Shown here: positions 35,755 to 48,994 of the stretch, piece after piece
Layout: every line of letters begins with the position of its first letter
Numbering within the stretch: position 1 is the stretch's first letter
Source of the DNA: Zancudomyces culisetae HAW-14-8
Taxonomy: Eukaryota > Fungi > Kickxellomycota
Direction of reading: 5' to 3'
Assembly (NCBI GenBank): GCA_052426225.1
Contig: JBNJNM010000012.1
Coordinates: 1,364,001 to 1,428,000, forward strand
DNA: 64,000 bases
Position numbers and translations under genes: made by a program
The notes under the pieces: generated by a model
The model's input: only the letters and a program-made list of their open reading frames with translations
Told to the model about the DNA's origin: nothing
Databases searched by the model: none

Positions 35755-38700
35755 GTTAACTGGAATGAGTACACTTCAGTTAAGGATACACAACGGTAGA
35801 GTCGAGTCCAAATGAAGTTTGTGGATCCCTGTGCTATTACACTGAGCCTTTTTTCTACTAAAAATATTGCGGATTCTGCAAAATAATAAAGGAAATATAA
35901 ATGGAAAAGCACAAATTGAATTTTCACTTATTTTTGATCATCTCATCCACATTTTATGTATATTTATTATACAAATTCATCTAACAAAAAAATTTTAAAA
36001 AAAACTTATCCACAATTTATTTATCCTCACTATTAACAAATAGTCGCGTATTTATGTAATTATACACCCAGGTCTGTTACTTATTAAGGAAATTTTTGGT
36101 TAGATCTTGCATAATACGTTGACAATTCCGTTGTTTTATTGGTGCTAAGTTAAAATTATAATTTTCAAACTATTTTGATTTGGATTTTACCCAGCTCAAT
36201 AGCTTTTTTTATTGCAGAATAATACTTTATTTAGATAATTGCACTTAAAAAAACAATCTATAATCTGACTCATCCTATTCCCATTAAGCTCTAAAGCCTC
36301 CGTACCCTATGGTTAGCACAATAATTTCTAGATATTACTACTGGAACCATGGACTGAAGCGGACCCATAAGTTTCAGGTCATAGGGTCAGCTGTAATATC
36401 AAGTTCTTGGTATACATCAGAACAAGTTCAACTTTTCAAGTCAATACATTCACTATATGGCCATAACTGTTATTAATACTATTACTACATTAATATACTA
36501 TATATACTTGCTCTATTACCTTATTGTAAGCCGATGGTTTTACCCTAGAGAACCCCCCTCTCCCTCATGCAAAGCTAGGATACATGGCTAGATATATGGG
36601 AACAGCATTTTTGATCAAGAGGAAAAAAGCATGTTATTTTTAGAAATGACTTTATCAAATATTAAAATTTGCTTACAAAACAAAAAGTTGTATATACTGA
36701 CAGAGATAATAAACACAAAACTGATAACGTTTTTAAATTGCATAACTCTAGTATGAACATATAGGCTTATTATCTGCTCGTCGTTATCTTTCTCTCACCA
36801 AAAGCGAGATAACAATAACAGATTTGCGAAAATGTCTTTAAGCTCATTATTTTGATTTTTACCAACTACATTAAGATATTTCTTATACATGTTTTTAATA
36901 CAACCATATGAAAACAATAGTAGATGTGGAACTATACCCACTTATCTACACATGTTATCTTCAACACGTGTATAGGCTATAATAAAACAATACATCAATG
37001 CGAGTATACTTACTATAGATCAACCAGAGTGATATAACTACGTCGATACGAAAGAATTCTTGCTTCAAGTGTGGTAACTATTGTATGTAGTCACAATGAT
37101 GTAGTATTAAAAAACAATTTTATGTTTCAAGCTTGGGCTAGAACAGGTAAAAAATCATGAAATGTCAACTTAAAAGCTAAGTTTGAGTATATTTCTACAT
37201 ATTGAAGGGGCAATGGCAAAAATACAGTTCATGACACGCCACACTCACTCCATTGTGAACTCCATCTTTTTGCTATCTTTTTTTAGATTAGGTAGGTCGA
37301 GACACTTAAATGGTAGATTTTATAACAATATTCGAGGCTACTTATATCCTACATTTCTTTGTTTTCTATACAATCTGGAATTAAAAGTCTACCGGAGTTA
37401 GAATTATCAGGAAAAAAAAGCTGATGCGGTATTAAGAGTTAAACTCGGTATACTGCCCATGACGTGTCATGGTCTTGCATAGAGATGAACAACATTTCCA
37501 TTTGGTGGTTATACCGAGATTAACAATCATGTTGTGACCAATTATTGAGGGCTTTTAGATATATACGGATTAACCCAACACCTCTATTCTAGAAAATACG
37601 TCTTAGCCTTTCTGCAACCAACACAATGTGTAAGCCACTTATTTATCACATACACGGAAATAATTCTCAATGTTTTTATAAGTTGTACTGGACGAGTTAA
37701 CTGTACAACGTTGACTAGTTTTAGAACAATAGGAGGTGAAGGATAGTAAATTCTAATTTGTATAAAGAAATAGAACGCGATATTGCGGATAATGGCTTTG
37801 ATGATGATTAGTGCGTGATTGTAGGGGGATTAAAATGTATATACACTAACTGTAGTTTATGTTCAAGTCTTAGTCCAGATTAGAATGCTCAAAGATCCAC
37901 ACATTTAGATGTTTTGATATACAAAGGGCTGTTCAAAAGAAGCAAACTGGTGAGCTAAAATATATATTTCTAGACATAAAACTTGTGGCTGCCAGAGCAA
38001 TTAGTAAGAGGGGGGGGGATAATAAGCATAAATAAAAAATACGTATACATGATAAACCCCCCTTTGAATATCATTGCATTCACTACCATACTTGTCAAGT
38101 CGCGAGTATAATGGGTTGTTGACTTAGATATTTGTCATGTTTTTTTATCTCTACTATAGCCAAGTTTTTTTCCAACGATGGCATAAGATTTTTTTCCCCA
38201 CCCATGTATACTCCAGCTTTTGCGCCCCCAAAATTCAAAAAAATGGGGGAGAGGGTGAAGTGTTCTTTAAAGCGTTTACTCTTCAATCTGTTTTTATCCC
38301 TGAACAAAAGAAGATTTAAAAACCGGGGTATTAAGCTTGTTCATCATACTGTTTGTCTTACTATTTGGGCTAGGTTATAATAGCATAACTATTTGTTGTA
38401 ATAATTTTTAAAACTATATATCTTTCAATGATGTTTGATTGGTAGTTCCAGTATATCTTTCCTTTTTGAGGTAATAAGCGATTACGCTCACTCGAGACAG
38501 GATGATCTTATTTTTGTAGCAAAAATCCAAATAAATAGTACTTGTGTGTACATACACCCAATGTATAATAGTAACACCTTTAATCTTGTTGCTCAAAACC
38601 CAGTTTTGTTATAGTGCAGTTTAGCTATACCATTTTCCAACACTTGTCATTTCTTACAGGGAAAATGGCGTAACATAAAATTATAGATCCGTCAAGATAT

Positions 38701-40210
38701 GCCTTTTTGTTATACCCCAGATGATGTAGTAACTGGCTTTGTAACTATTCAAAGAATGCTTAAAAGTTACACATTCTGTACTTCAAGTAATGCGGGGAAG
38801 GTACAAGTGTAATTTGGGTATATTCAAACTTCATTTTCCGAGTACTAAAAAAGTTTTATGTGTTTTTATTCTGTCGTGATAAACTCAACCATTCGATTTT
38901 TGTATCAAGCAAAAAGAATGCATGTACTCAAGAAAAAACTACATAATTGCTTGCAATTGAAATGAAAATCTAAACTCAACTAATTAAAAACCCTAAAGAG
39001 CTTTTCTATTATTTCAGGTCAGAATATTTACCAAAGTTTTAAGATCGAATATCTTTGTTTAAAACTACATGTCTATTCGGAAAATACTGTATTTAACAGT
39101 GCCCCACAGTGGAGAAAGTTTCACAAAGTTTTAAAAAAATTTCATAAAGTGCTACATCATTTCTGTACGCAAGCTTCTCAACTAAAAGCAAGCTTCAATG
39201 TTGTTAAAAAAAGGGAACAGGCAAATTTGGCATCCCGTGGTGCAAAAGAATTCCGTTCAATGGTTGCGCGTCGAGTTTTTTTTCCGCTTAAAAATCGTTG
39301 ACTTTAATTAAAAAAGGATACGTAGAGGAGGAGGGAGGGAACAAGTGTATATGCAAATTACTGCCATCTTCGTTTCCAAATCTGCATTAGATTTAATTTA
39401 TTTATTTAATTAATTTTTTATTTTTTGCGACCGTGTATTTTTACCATAACATTATTTCCTTTGTTATTCAAAGAAAAAATAACAGTTACGAAAAACCAGG
39501 TATTGGGCGATAGTATTGCTTGAAAACGTTTGATCAGATGAAGTGATTATTTCGCGCAAATTCAGGCGAGGAGAAGAATAATGGGTTGGTGATGTGTAGA
39601 AGTGCTAATTAAGCAATAACAACAATTGAAAATTATTTAGTCAATTGGAAGCATTTTTTGATAGCACGAAACCCCTTCAAGGCTGTACATTTGAACAATC
39701 ATCAATTATCTCAAGTTCGAGCTAACCTCATTCTGCTATATTTTCTCCTATATTTTTGTTGTTTCTGAAGACAAGCTTTAAAAACGGGTTTACCTTTTTT
39801 TTACATTTTTTAAATTTTTACATGCAGTTAAAAAAAAAAAGATATCAGGTTGTTCGTAACGGTGGAGGTTGTTAGATAAAAAAAAAACAGGCAAAGGAGC
39901 AGTGGTAGAGATCCATGTATTACTAATTAAATATATAAGCTCAATCATCGCCCTCTTACAGGTGATTATTGTTACTCCCAATACCCTGATATACGTATAA
40001 TTTAATCAAGCGCTGTTATAATTTATTTTCCTCACCTTGTTTTTTAGGCTCTGTATTTTTATTTTTATCTTTTCTGTTATTTTTACCTCCAATATTAACC
40101 AGCCCTCAATAGATTGAAGTGAAGTATTATCCTTATGTTGAGAACCGCAGGAGTATAATTTATTTTAGTATTAGAAAAGCGACAAATAGAGAAAAGGAAA
40201 ATCGATAAAG

Positions 40211-41862
40211 ATGGATATTAATTTGGTACAGTATTATCTGCGAGATTTTGATATGGAAGCTTATATAAAGGAGTCAACAAATCCTTCTGAGCAACCGAAT
40301 GCTGAAGTATGGCCCAACAGAATAGAGAGTATATTTTTAGAAGCTATTCAGGTTTTTTCAACAGTTGGCCAAAAAAAGTACGCATTAGATGAAAGCTATG
40401 ACTCAAAATCAGAGCTTGTTGGGAGAAACGACATCATCTCCAGATATATATTTATTAAAACAGGGTTATATAGAGCAAGGAAGCAGGTATCGTCCCATAT
40501 TCAAGTATGGGCACATTGCAAAAAAGCGCCGAGTAACAGTGAGTTATAAAATATTTTGCAAACAATTGTATAGCAAGTATTTACTTATTTTATTTATTTA
40601 TTTTATTTAAAAGAGCTAGCATTATTATTCAATATTTAATTTTGACTATACTATTAGGAGAGATGCCGGACCATATTTTTAAACTGTTTCAACGAATATT
40701 TAGATTATACTACAGTAGAAGCACAACAGAGTTTGGTACAAGCAAGAAAAAATTAAAAAGAGTCATCTCATTCGATTCAGCAGCTTCATACTCATCAACA
40801 GAAACCGCAAATTCAGTCATAAAATCGCATAACAATATAAACACACCTTACAACTATGGACCCTACTCTGTCCCCATGCCATATATCTATAATGAACATG
40901 AAAAGGAATATAAGGACGGCGATTTTAATGTAAATACTCAACATAGATACAACAACAATCTTATCAATATTGACACAGGAAGTCAGCTAGCGTATCAAAG
41001 CCCAATACTCATGAATAAAACCAACTATATTCCATTTGGTACGGATTCCTTAGGAAGTGTTAGTTTTAAGGAGACAAATAGTCTATTGGACCATTCAAGT
41101 ACAGGTACAATAGAGAAGTGTTTAGTTAACCCAGATGATAATACTTTTACAAAAAAACAAAAGCTTAACCCAATCGTTGAAATGCCTGAGAATGGTTTTA
41201 ACCTATGGACAGAGGGTACAAGCGAAAAAAGTAAAAAATTAACATCACCAAAGACTAAAACCAAGAAAACTAAGAATACAACAAAACAGGAATCTGTTGG
41301 CAGTAGGGAGTTGTACGAATACGGATATCTAAACACAGCCTCAATTCAAGGAAACAACGTAACTCCTATTTCACCACTGGTTTATAAAGACTGTGATGAC
41401 ATGAACAAAGGAGGAACGTGGGACTCTTTGTGTTATCCACACCAGTTGACTTCTGGAATAAACTCTGAGGGAGAAGCCAGTATTGTGACATTGGTAAAGC
41501 CAGATATGTGTCTTTCTCAACCAATGATGAACAGCAAGTTTATCTTGGATGGCGTTTTTGATGAAGAAAATGAAGCTAAAAACTTCAACTTTTCTGTCAA
41601 GGCGTCAAATAAGTCCACAAAAAACGAACTGGTATTGCCATCAGATATTTCCTTGTTGCAGCTGAAGCCTGAAATTGACAAGATACTTGAAGAAAAAAAA
41701 CAAAATATTACTTTTAGCTCGTTGAATAGTAGTAATTTTTCGGACAACACCGACTACAGTCTTTCAGCACTGCCAATCTCATCAGACAATGCCCCGATAT
41801 GGGATACTGTTAACGAGTGGTGTTCTAGAATACAAGTTCTTAACTCAAACAACAAAATCTAG
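40211..41862 (+). CDS. TEA/ATTS-domain transcription factor (Tec1/AbaA family); 2 exons
   Basis: VWPNRIESIFLEAI...GRNDIISRYI...RARKQVSSHIQVW; intron 40539-40657 (GTGAGT...TAG) joins the two ORF-track fragments in frame. Confidence 0.92.
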
Positions 41863-42246
41863 TATTGTTTTTTGTTTAAACATATTTACTAATTTGTGTT
41901 TTATTATAATTTATTACAAGTTATATTCTTAATATTTATTCACTTTTTATTTGATTGAGTTTCATATAGGATGTACAAACACTTGTATGCTCTTATTTAA
42001 AACTGGATATATAGGATATTGTGAGCATATGAGGTATGGCGTAGGTTGAGGATACTTTTCAAAGTGCTACTATTTATAAATAAATATCTATAAATGTGTT
42101 TGTATGTGTCTAATTTGTACAATGTATATTTTTTTACGCGTTATGATACTAGTACTCAACTCACAAACAAAAAAATTAACAAATATAAACAACAACAAAA
42201 TATAAATAATAGAATCAAAATTTTTTAAACATAAAATCTGCTCGTG

Positions 42247-42319
42247 GCTTTGATGGCTCAGTCGGTAGAGCGTGAGTCTCATAATCTCAAGGTCGTGAGT
42301 TCGAGCCTCACTCAGAGCA
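42247..42319 (+). tRNA. tRNA-Met(CAT), elongator type
   Basis: Acceptor stem GCTTTGA/TCAGAGC-A, D arm GCTC..GAGC, anticodon loop CTCATAA with T31:T39, T arm GTGAG-TTCGAGC-CTCAC; T-run terminator at about 42325. Confidence 0.96.
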
Positions 42320-43554
42320 CATTCTTTTTGTTTTTTTTCTGGACCTTGTTATTTGGGTCAGAAGAAATGGTATAAAATTTCTGTAAATTGATTTAGAGAT
42401 AAAGGCAACGCCGTTAAAGGGGTGTTCTATTTTTTTGTGTATTTAGAGGGAGAGGAGCTGCAACTCATACATGGATAATTGTGGATCTGTAACACCTAGC
42501 TAAAGTTGCTTTTCAGAGCTTGAAACTAAGGTTCATTTGGTAAGATTTTTTTAAAGCTGCTCCTTGATGAACGTGTGGTTGGAGATTTGGGTAAGAGTAT
42601 TTGCGAATATTGAACAATAAAGATGTGCCAGCCGTGATCCCTTTCCTCCATCCTCCACCTTTACATTTTACTTCAAAAAGAAATGGGTAATGAAAAAATG
42701 TTGTGTTTGTTAGAACTTTTTTTTTTAACCAAATGGAGTGAGGTAGCGTCTGTAAATGTCATTTTGTACCTTGCTGGTTTTAACATACCTTTTAACGTAT
42801 AAAAGATGTAATAGAAAAAGATATACAATGGGAATGATTAACCAAGATTAATAGATTGCGTTTTAGTTTGGGGGTTGAAATTTTTATTATATAATTTGGC
42901 CCTTTTCAACGCCAGTTCTTTCCATTTAATTTTCTTTGGGAACGAGTTGGCTTATCTTTTTTAATTGAAAAAGATGAAAATCGATGATATATTGGGGGTG
43001 AGTGAGAAACAAGAATGTTAGGCATGAAGTGCAATGCTTTTGAAATTTAATTTTACATTAATTATTCGGTGCTATACGTGTCTATGAACGTAAATGTAGG
43101 CTTCAATACACTGCTCAACTGATGAAAAAAAAAAAGAATGTGTACCACCCTTATATCATAATAACTCCTTCCTTGGTTAATGACACCTGGGAAATACCGG
43201 CACGCCAAACTCTAAACTTGGTAATAATTGGCATATCTAAGGGCAAAAGGTAATTTTGAACCCAACATTAAATTGGTGGGTAAGTAATAAAACAAAATTT
43301 TAAACCAATGGGCCCAGACATTTTTTATTAAAATTCGCTGATATTTTATAGGTACAGCGTTCTTTGACGTAAAAATAAAGGCACAGGCAAAAGGAGCAAA
43401 AAAAAAATAAAAAATAAAAAATAAAAAACAATAATTTAGCCCATTGCGATTCCAAAATTGATTGGCCCCACAATACGTTTATACAAATCCAATTATATCG
43501 ACACAATTGCAGACTAGTGGCTAAGAGGCATTTTATTTTGTCGTTTCGCCAGTT

Positions 43555-43577
43555 GCCTGTAGCCTGTAGCCTGTAGC
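43555..43577 (+). repeat. (GCCTGTA)x3 heptamer repeat
   Basis: gcctgtagcctgtagcctgtagc upstream of Chs7. Confidence 0.8.
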
Positions 43578-44132
43578 TTTTAGGTTTTTTTTATTGTCGT
43601 TGTTGCAATCATTGTTGTTACCATTATGCTGTAATTATTTTTGCTTTTTTATGTCCTGGTTATGGTTTTTTAAATTTTAATTTGTATTTCTATTTGATGG
43701 TATAATTACAACCTATGTTTATTTTTTGTTTAGCAGGTAATTTTTTAGTGGGTTTATATTTCAAGTAATTCAATCAGTAATAATTAAGAACCTGTACAAA
43801 AATTTCGAAAAATGCTTTTGAAATAAAAAAAAAACAATCTTTTAGAGCTTGTAGGAACAATAATAGGAAAAATTATAATATACTTTTTCCTATTTCAAGC
43901 CTTTTGAATACATTTTTTTCTAAAGCTGTTTTTTTAAGGGTATTTTTACATAGGTTTTTTTTTACATTCCCAACACTTGTCGGTTTACATCAATTATCTA
44001 ATTTATTTAAATCATTTTCCGTTCAAAAGATCGAAGCACAAATATTCGGATGATATTAGATAAAACTCAATACTAAAGGAGCTATAATAGAAAATTTTCA
44101 TGGTAGAAACTCAATAAATAACAAAACACAAA

Positions 44133-45461
44133 ATGAAGTTCGGTTCGTATGATTTGGTGTGTCAGCAACTACAGCTTGCGGTGTGTATGCTAGTGGGAAG
44201 CGGTGATGTGGGAGTGGAGCCTAAATGCTATGCGAGAAATATTGAGTTTGGAGGATTAATCGTGTTTCAAGCAGGTAAACAAGCTAAAATCTTTTATCAA
44301 AATAGCTTGCAATAAAGCTAGATTATCACACCAAGGGTATTATAACGCAGATGTATATAGCCAACAAAATACTAATGTAAAGGAGTGCGGGGGTTTAATA
44401 TATGTGTAAATAGCAACATTGATTATAGATCTGGTAGCAATTGTGATGACACTTATTATGATTTGGCATATAAGAACAAAGTATACGGCTGTTGGTAAGT
44501 TTTCTTTACTACCTTGTTCTACAGAATAGTATAAACCAGCAAAAATCTGCAGCAAGAATTCGACAATATTAAGAAAAAAAACAATGATAAATAGGACGAA
44601 GAGAAATGGTGATGGTGTTTTATTTGTACTTAGCGGCAATAATACTGGATATATTGACAGTATCAGGATTTATATCATTTTCGTTGGGGGTTTATCCGGT
44701 AAGTAGCGAGAAATAATTACAATGCAGGAGAGGGAAAAAAAATATTTATAAGGGAATGTATTTAAACAAAATAGTTCTTTGTGGCAGCGTATTTAGCCAT
44801 GGTTACGGCACTGTGCTGGTGTTTGATGCTTAACGGATTTGTAGGATTTCAATGGGCAGAGGATGGAACACCAACATCACTGTGGTCGTTTAGAATAAGT
44901 TCGCTTGCAGTGTTTGCATTGACATATTTCGTGTCAATAGCGACATTTAAAGGGTGGGCATCGTTTTCAAAATCCAACCCAGTGGTGCTGTTTTCGATTA
45001 ACTACGTATTCAACTTGGCAATGCTTCTGATATACGTGATTTCACAAGTAATATTGGTGGTCAACACGCTGGACGAGTATTGGCCGTTGGGAAACATCAC
45101 ATTCGCCGTGCTCTTTTTCGTAGCGGGGCAGGCTATCCAGTACGCTTTGAGCATAAGTATCTGTGTAGCGATAAAACACTATGTCGATGGCATGTTCTTT
45201 GGTTCGATCTGCACGCTGCTTAGCATGATGATGATCTATAAATACTGGGACAGTATCACCAAAGAAGACTTGGAATTCAGCGTTGGCGGCAAAGGAAATG
45301 TCTGGGAAGTCAAAGATCTGATCAACGTCGACGATGAGTTTGCCCCTTACGCTGGAAAAGTTAACTCAAGCACCTATGGCTACACCAACGAGTACAACAC
45401 TGCCAGCCACCCTTCTGTTGTTGCTAAACCACATGCTCCCCACAACAGCGAATATTACTAG
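44133..45461 (+). CDS. CHS7: Chitin synthase export chaperone; 4 exons
   Basis: Exons 44133-44274, 44414-44494, 44595-44698, 44775-45461: GVEPKCYARNIE, HIRTKYTAVGRREM, NGFVGFQWAEDGT, HYVDGMFF, YKYWDSITKEDLEFSVG. Confidence 0.95.
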
Positions 45462-45462
45462 C

Positions 45463-46436
45463 CTATTCCGACATTGACATTGGCGATGATGATCCTTCCT
45501 TTTCGCTTTCCTCTTTTTTATCTATCCTACCTGTTTGTTTTATTTGTACTTGGTATACGTTATTTATGTTTATTTCGCCTTTCAGCTTTTCAAATAACCA
45601 CTCTGTCATTTCTTTGTTTGTTATCTCCTCTTCCTCCTCTCCTGCCTCCTTCTCCTCCTTTTTTTTCTTTCCCACTATTTCTTGCGCCATCGCCACGCAA
45701 CTATCTGCTATTTCCTGGTTGCTATATGCTATACATATTCCATATTTGTATGTCTCGCTCACCAGTTTCCACCCAACCTGCGCAACCTGTTTTGTGATTT
45801 TTCCCTCATTGTACTTTTCCACTACATACACATACGGATGCTCGATATTTAATTCAAATCCTATACTTTCCAACACTCTTGGTTCTCCTACCAATATGAT
45901 GTTTTTCCATATGTCATACTCTTTGCTACCAGCAACTGCCTTCCTATTTCCCTTTGATGCGTAAAAATCTATTGCTGGTATCAAATCTTCCATTCTTCTC
46001 AGACTTTCTTCTATCTTGCACGACAAAAACAAGCTGCTTGCCGCAATGTTGTAATGATGAAATGTTTGCAGGGGGTTATTCATGTAAAATATATGGAATA
46101 TTTCGCTTGCCGTAGCCGTTACTATCTGTGTTCTATTTTTTTAATTATGTATTGCGTCTTTAGCATACTTGTCCCCACTTTATTTTCTTTTCTCCGCCAT
46201 CAAACAAACAATTTTCTATCCAAATATCACAAAAATCGATATTTATGTGTGCTATGAAATAATACTTACAATTGAAGTTGCTTTGAAACATACTGGATCA
46301 TTCTACAGCCCTTGTACCGAGCTTGACTTTCCTCTTCAATGCTCATTCCATGTCTAATTGATGGTGTGTTTCTAAAACTTTCCTTATTAAAGATCCACTT
46401 GTTTTTTTCTCGCCTAGCTTTGATCGGTTGCCTCAT
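45463..46436 (-). CDS. Transcriptional cyclin, cyclin K/T family (Pch1/Ctk2-like); 2 exons
   Basis: Exons 46270-46436 and 45463-46132: KWIF..NTPSIRHGMSIEEE..RYKGC, TATASEIFHIFY, SLFLSCKIEE, IGFELNIEHPY. Confidence 0.88.
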
Positions 46437-48058
46437 CCCTTTCTATATATCTTATCGTTTTACTGTTGACTTTTGCACCTTTATAAATATATTCTATGGT
46501 TTCCTATTTTTTTAAAGAAAAGAAAAAAAAAGAATCAAAAAAATCTCTTGTTGGTTGATTATGATCGTGTAGTTGCAAGAGACACAAAACGTTGCAAATT
46601 TTAACTAAGTTTTGAATGTTTGGATTTGTAAAGTGGATGAGAATCAAGATCAAAACCAAAAGTTTCCACTAGTATATGTTTATGAATGGGTATACCCTCT
46701 ACTTGTACCACCCGTTTTAAAAACAACATATGGTTTTGAATATGATGTTGCAAATCATGCCTGCAAATATTTTTTTTTGTTATTTTGTTTTTTGTTTTTT
46801 TTTAAGTAATTCGCGTATACAACAAATCACCCACAACATTCATGTTTTATTTAGCCAACACAAATAAATGTGTGTAGACGAATCCAGCAAGTATTATTTC
46901 ACAGATATACAATAGTGGAGGTGGGTACGATAGCATACGGTCTATACAGTTTCATTGGTTTTACCCCATCTATGACTACGATTATGCTTTACGTATAACC
47001 GTCCTGCTACTTTTTTCCGAAATATTGTTTTTGATGATAGCCAAATTGAGAAAATATTTCTACTCTTACTTTTGTATTTTTAATTTGATATTTCATGCCA
47101 TGAGTGTTTTAAATTATACAAGTTCTTTAGCCTTACCAAATATTTGGACCTCGAACCCTTGAGAAGAAAAAAAATAGAGAGGAAGGGGGGTAGTAAACAG
47201 ATATTCTGGGTCCATCCTTCCTCTGCAACTCTGGTAACATTTATTATTTGGGTTTGTGGCAATCCATAGTACTGCAAGAAATGGCAAGTACAAGCATAAT
47301 ACAACAATACCCGCCAACCTACCCAGATCCTTTGTCTGCCCTAGCCTTGGGTGGTTTCTTACTGGCTATATTAATGCTGGCTAGCACAACCTATGCTCAC
47401 ACAGTGGTTCACGAATAGATACAATTACTGTAGTTGCAGACCGATATTCTAGTCAAAAATCGCTTTAAAACTGTGTAGCTAAATGCATTACTGGCACAAT
47501 ATGAGCACTTTTTGCCCATTTTCAATATTCATAATATATTCTTTCCATGAAAAAAAAACTTAGTGTTACGAAAACCCACTCATTCTTATATTCCATTTCC
47601 ACCCCCAAATAAAGCCAAACACACTACGCTTTTTCAAGCAAGCATAAAATAAAAAATACAAGCAGCCCACAAACAAACATACTAGAGCATACGTTGTAGC
47701 AATATACACATTTATTTCCCACACGTACCAGTAAAATGCTCATGATCGCCACAGCTTTTTCAACATCTTTAAAAGATTGTCTTTTGATATTAGATCGAGT
47801 ACCAAGTTAGCAACAAACATACGTGTAATATACTACATTAATAAAATCTTCCGACTCGCCTGAACTATTTGTACGGACCAAAAATAAATAAAAGTATATA
47901 AACCATCGGTTTGGACGTCAAATAAATTCAATTTCAACTACAAACCCAACAAGACAGTTGATTAATACACCTGATAATTTGTGTCTTTTGATCTTTGATC
48001 TAAATTTAAAAAGTAAACTAAACACCAAACTCTAAAAGTCAAAAGTAAAAAGTAAAAA

Positions 48059-48994
48059 ATGAAGTTCATCGCCGCAGTTCTTCCAACACTTCTTGCTACA
48101 TCACTAGCCACAATCGAAATCGGGAAGTGCGACATGAGCAGCCCCGAGATCGTACTCCGAACAAATGAAACTGATTTCACCTACACCTGCCCAGAAGGGT
48201 TCACCTGCAAAAAGAGAAATGAAAAATTGGTTGAGTGTGTCAATGAAGATGTGACAAAAGGGATGTGTATCTTGGCATGTGAGCTTGACTGCAGTGATGA
48301 AATCACCAAAGTCGAGGATGAGTCACAAGAAAAAGTTGCTAAGCGTATGTATGTCCCTCAAAAGAGACAGGACGTCTCACCTGTAACAGAACCTGCTTCC
48401 TCCAGTGATGACAAACCACAAGGAGACGGCACTGGACAAGAATCAAAAGCTGGAAGCACTGCAAAAGGATCACAAAGTGGAAGCACTGAGCAAGGATCAA
48501 AAAGTGGAGGCACTGAGCAAGGACCACAAGGTGGAGGCTCCGGGTCAGACTCACAGAATACTCCTCCAACAGATGACACCAAGAATGAAGCAGCAGCACC
48601 AGCAGATGGCACCAAAAATGAAGCAGCAGCACCAGCAGATGACACCAAGAATGAAGCAGCAGCACCAGCAGATGACAGCAAAAAGGAAGCAACAGCAGAT
48701 GACAGCAAAAAGGAAGCAGCAGCAGATGAAACCAAGAAGGAAACAGCAGCAGATGAAACCAAGAAGGAAGCAGCAGCAGATGAAACCAAGAAGGAAACAG
48801 CAGTAGAAGATACCGAGAAGAGTAAAACAAATACAGGAGCAACTAATACAAATTTAAACAATCAAACCGACAACTCAGTTAAAAAAGATGAGCAAAATTC
48901 AGATGCCACAACAATTTTGGGATATTTGAATGTTAAATCATTGATCGCTGCCCAGGCTGTACTTTTTGTTTTTTCAATGCTTTTGATTAACTAG
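48059..48994 (+). CDS. Secreted, probably GPI-anchored protein: six-Cys domain plus acidic tandem-repeat stalk; paralogue of 26948..27619
   Basis: Signal peptide, C-x19-CPEGFTC-x9-C-x9-C-x7-C, KR sites, repeats, hydrophobic C-terminus. Confidence 0.88.
   Translation: MKFIAAVLPTLLATSLATIEIGKCDMSSPEIVLRTNETDFTYTCPEGFTCKKRNEKLVECVNEDVTKGMCILACELDCSDEITKVEDESQEKVAKRMYVPQKRQDVSPVTEPASSSDDKPQGDGTGQESKAGSTAKGSQSGSTEQGSKSGGTEQGPQGGGSGSDSQNTPPTDDTKNEAAAPADGTKNEAAAPADDTKNEAAAPADDSKKEATADDSKKEAAADETKKETAADETKKEAAADETKKETAVEDTEKSKTNTGATNTNLNNQTDNSVKKDEQNSDATTILGYLNVKSLIAAQAVLFVFSMLLIN
48571..48810 (+). repeat. Coding minisatellite: 33-nt (ADDTKNEAAAP) then 27-nt (ADETKKEAA) units
   Basis: Tandem gcagatgacaccaagaatgaagcagcagcacca / gcagatgaaaccaagaaggaagcagca. 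Confidence 0.9.

Noticed and set aside
36304-36400. ACCCTATG/CATAGGGT inverted repeat
   Set aside because: An 8-bp match is within chance; no TSD or transposase remnant
37880-38925. Three AGAATG (CATTCT) TEA-binding sites upstream of the TEA gene, suggesting autoregulation
   Set aside because: A few copies are expected by chance in 4.4 kb of AT-rich DNA
45462-45797. Open frame continuing after the Chs7 stop (possible readthrough)
   Set aside because: TAG-CCT is not a known readthrough context, and the frame is the pyrimidine-rich antisense of the cyclin CDS
46870-46948. TGTGTAGAC...GTCTATACA stem, possible H/ACA RNA
   Set aside because: Only 9 bp with a G-U pair, and no clear two-hairpin H/ACA layout
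47080-47317. Short intergenic ORFs of 60-100 aa here and at 4-7 kb, 25-29 kb, 37-40 kb and 60 kb
   Set aside because: Mostly non-ATG starts, Phe/Leu/Ile/Lys composition of AT-rich non-coding DNA, and no recognisable motifs
48571-48810. Regular direct repeats resembling a CRISPR array
   Set aside because: No unique spacers; in-frame coding minisatellite in a eukaryotic gene
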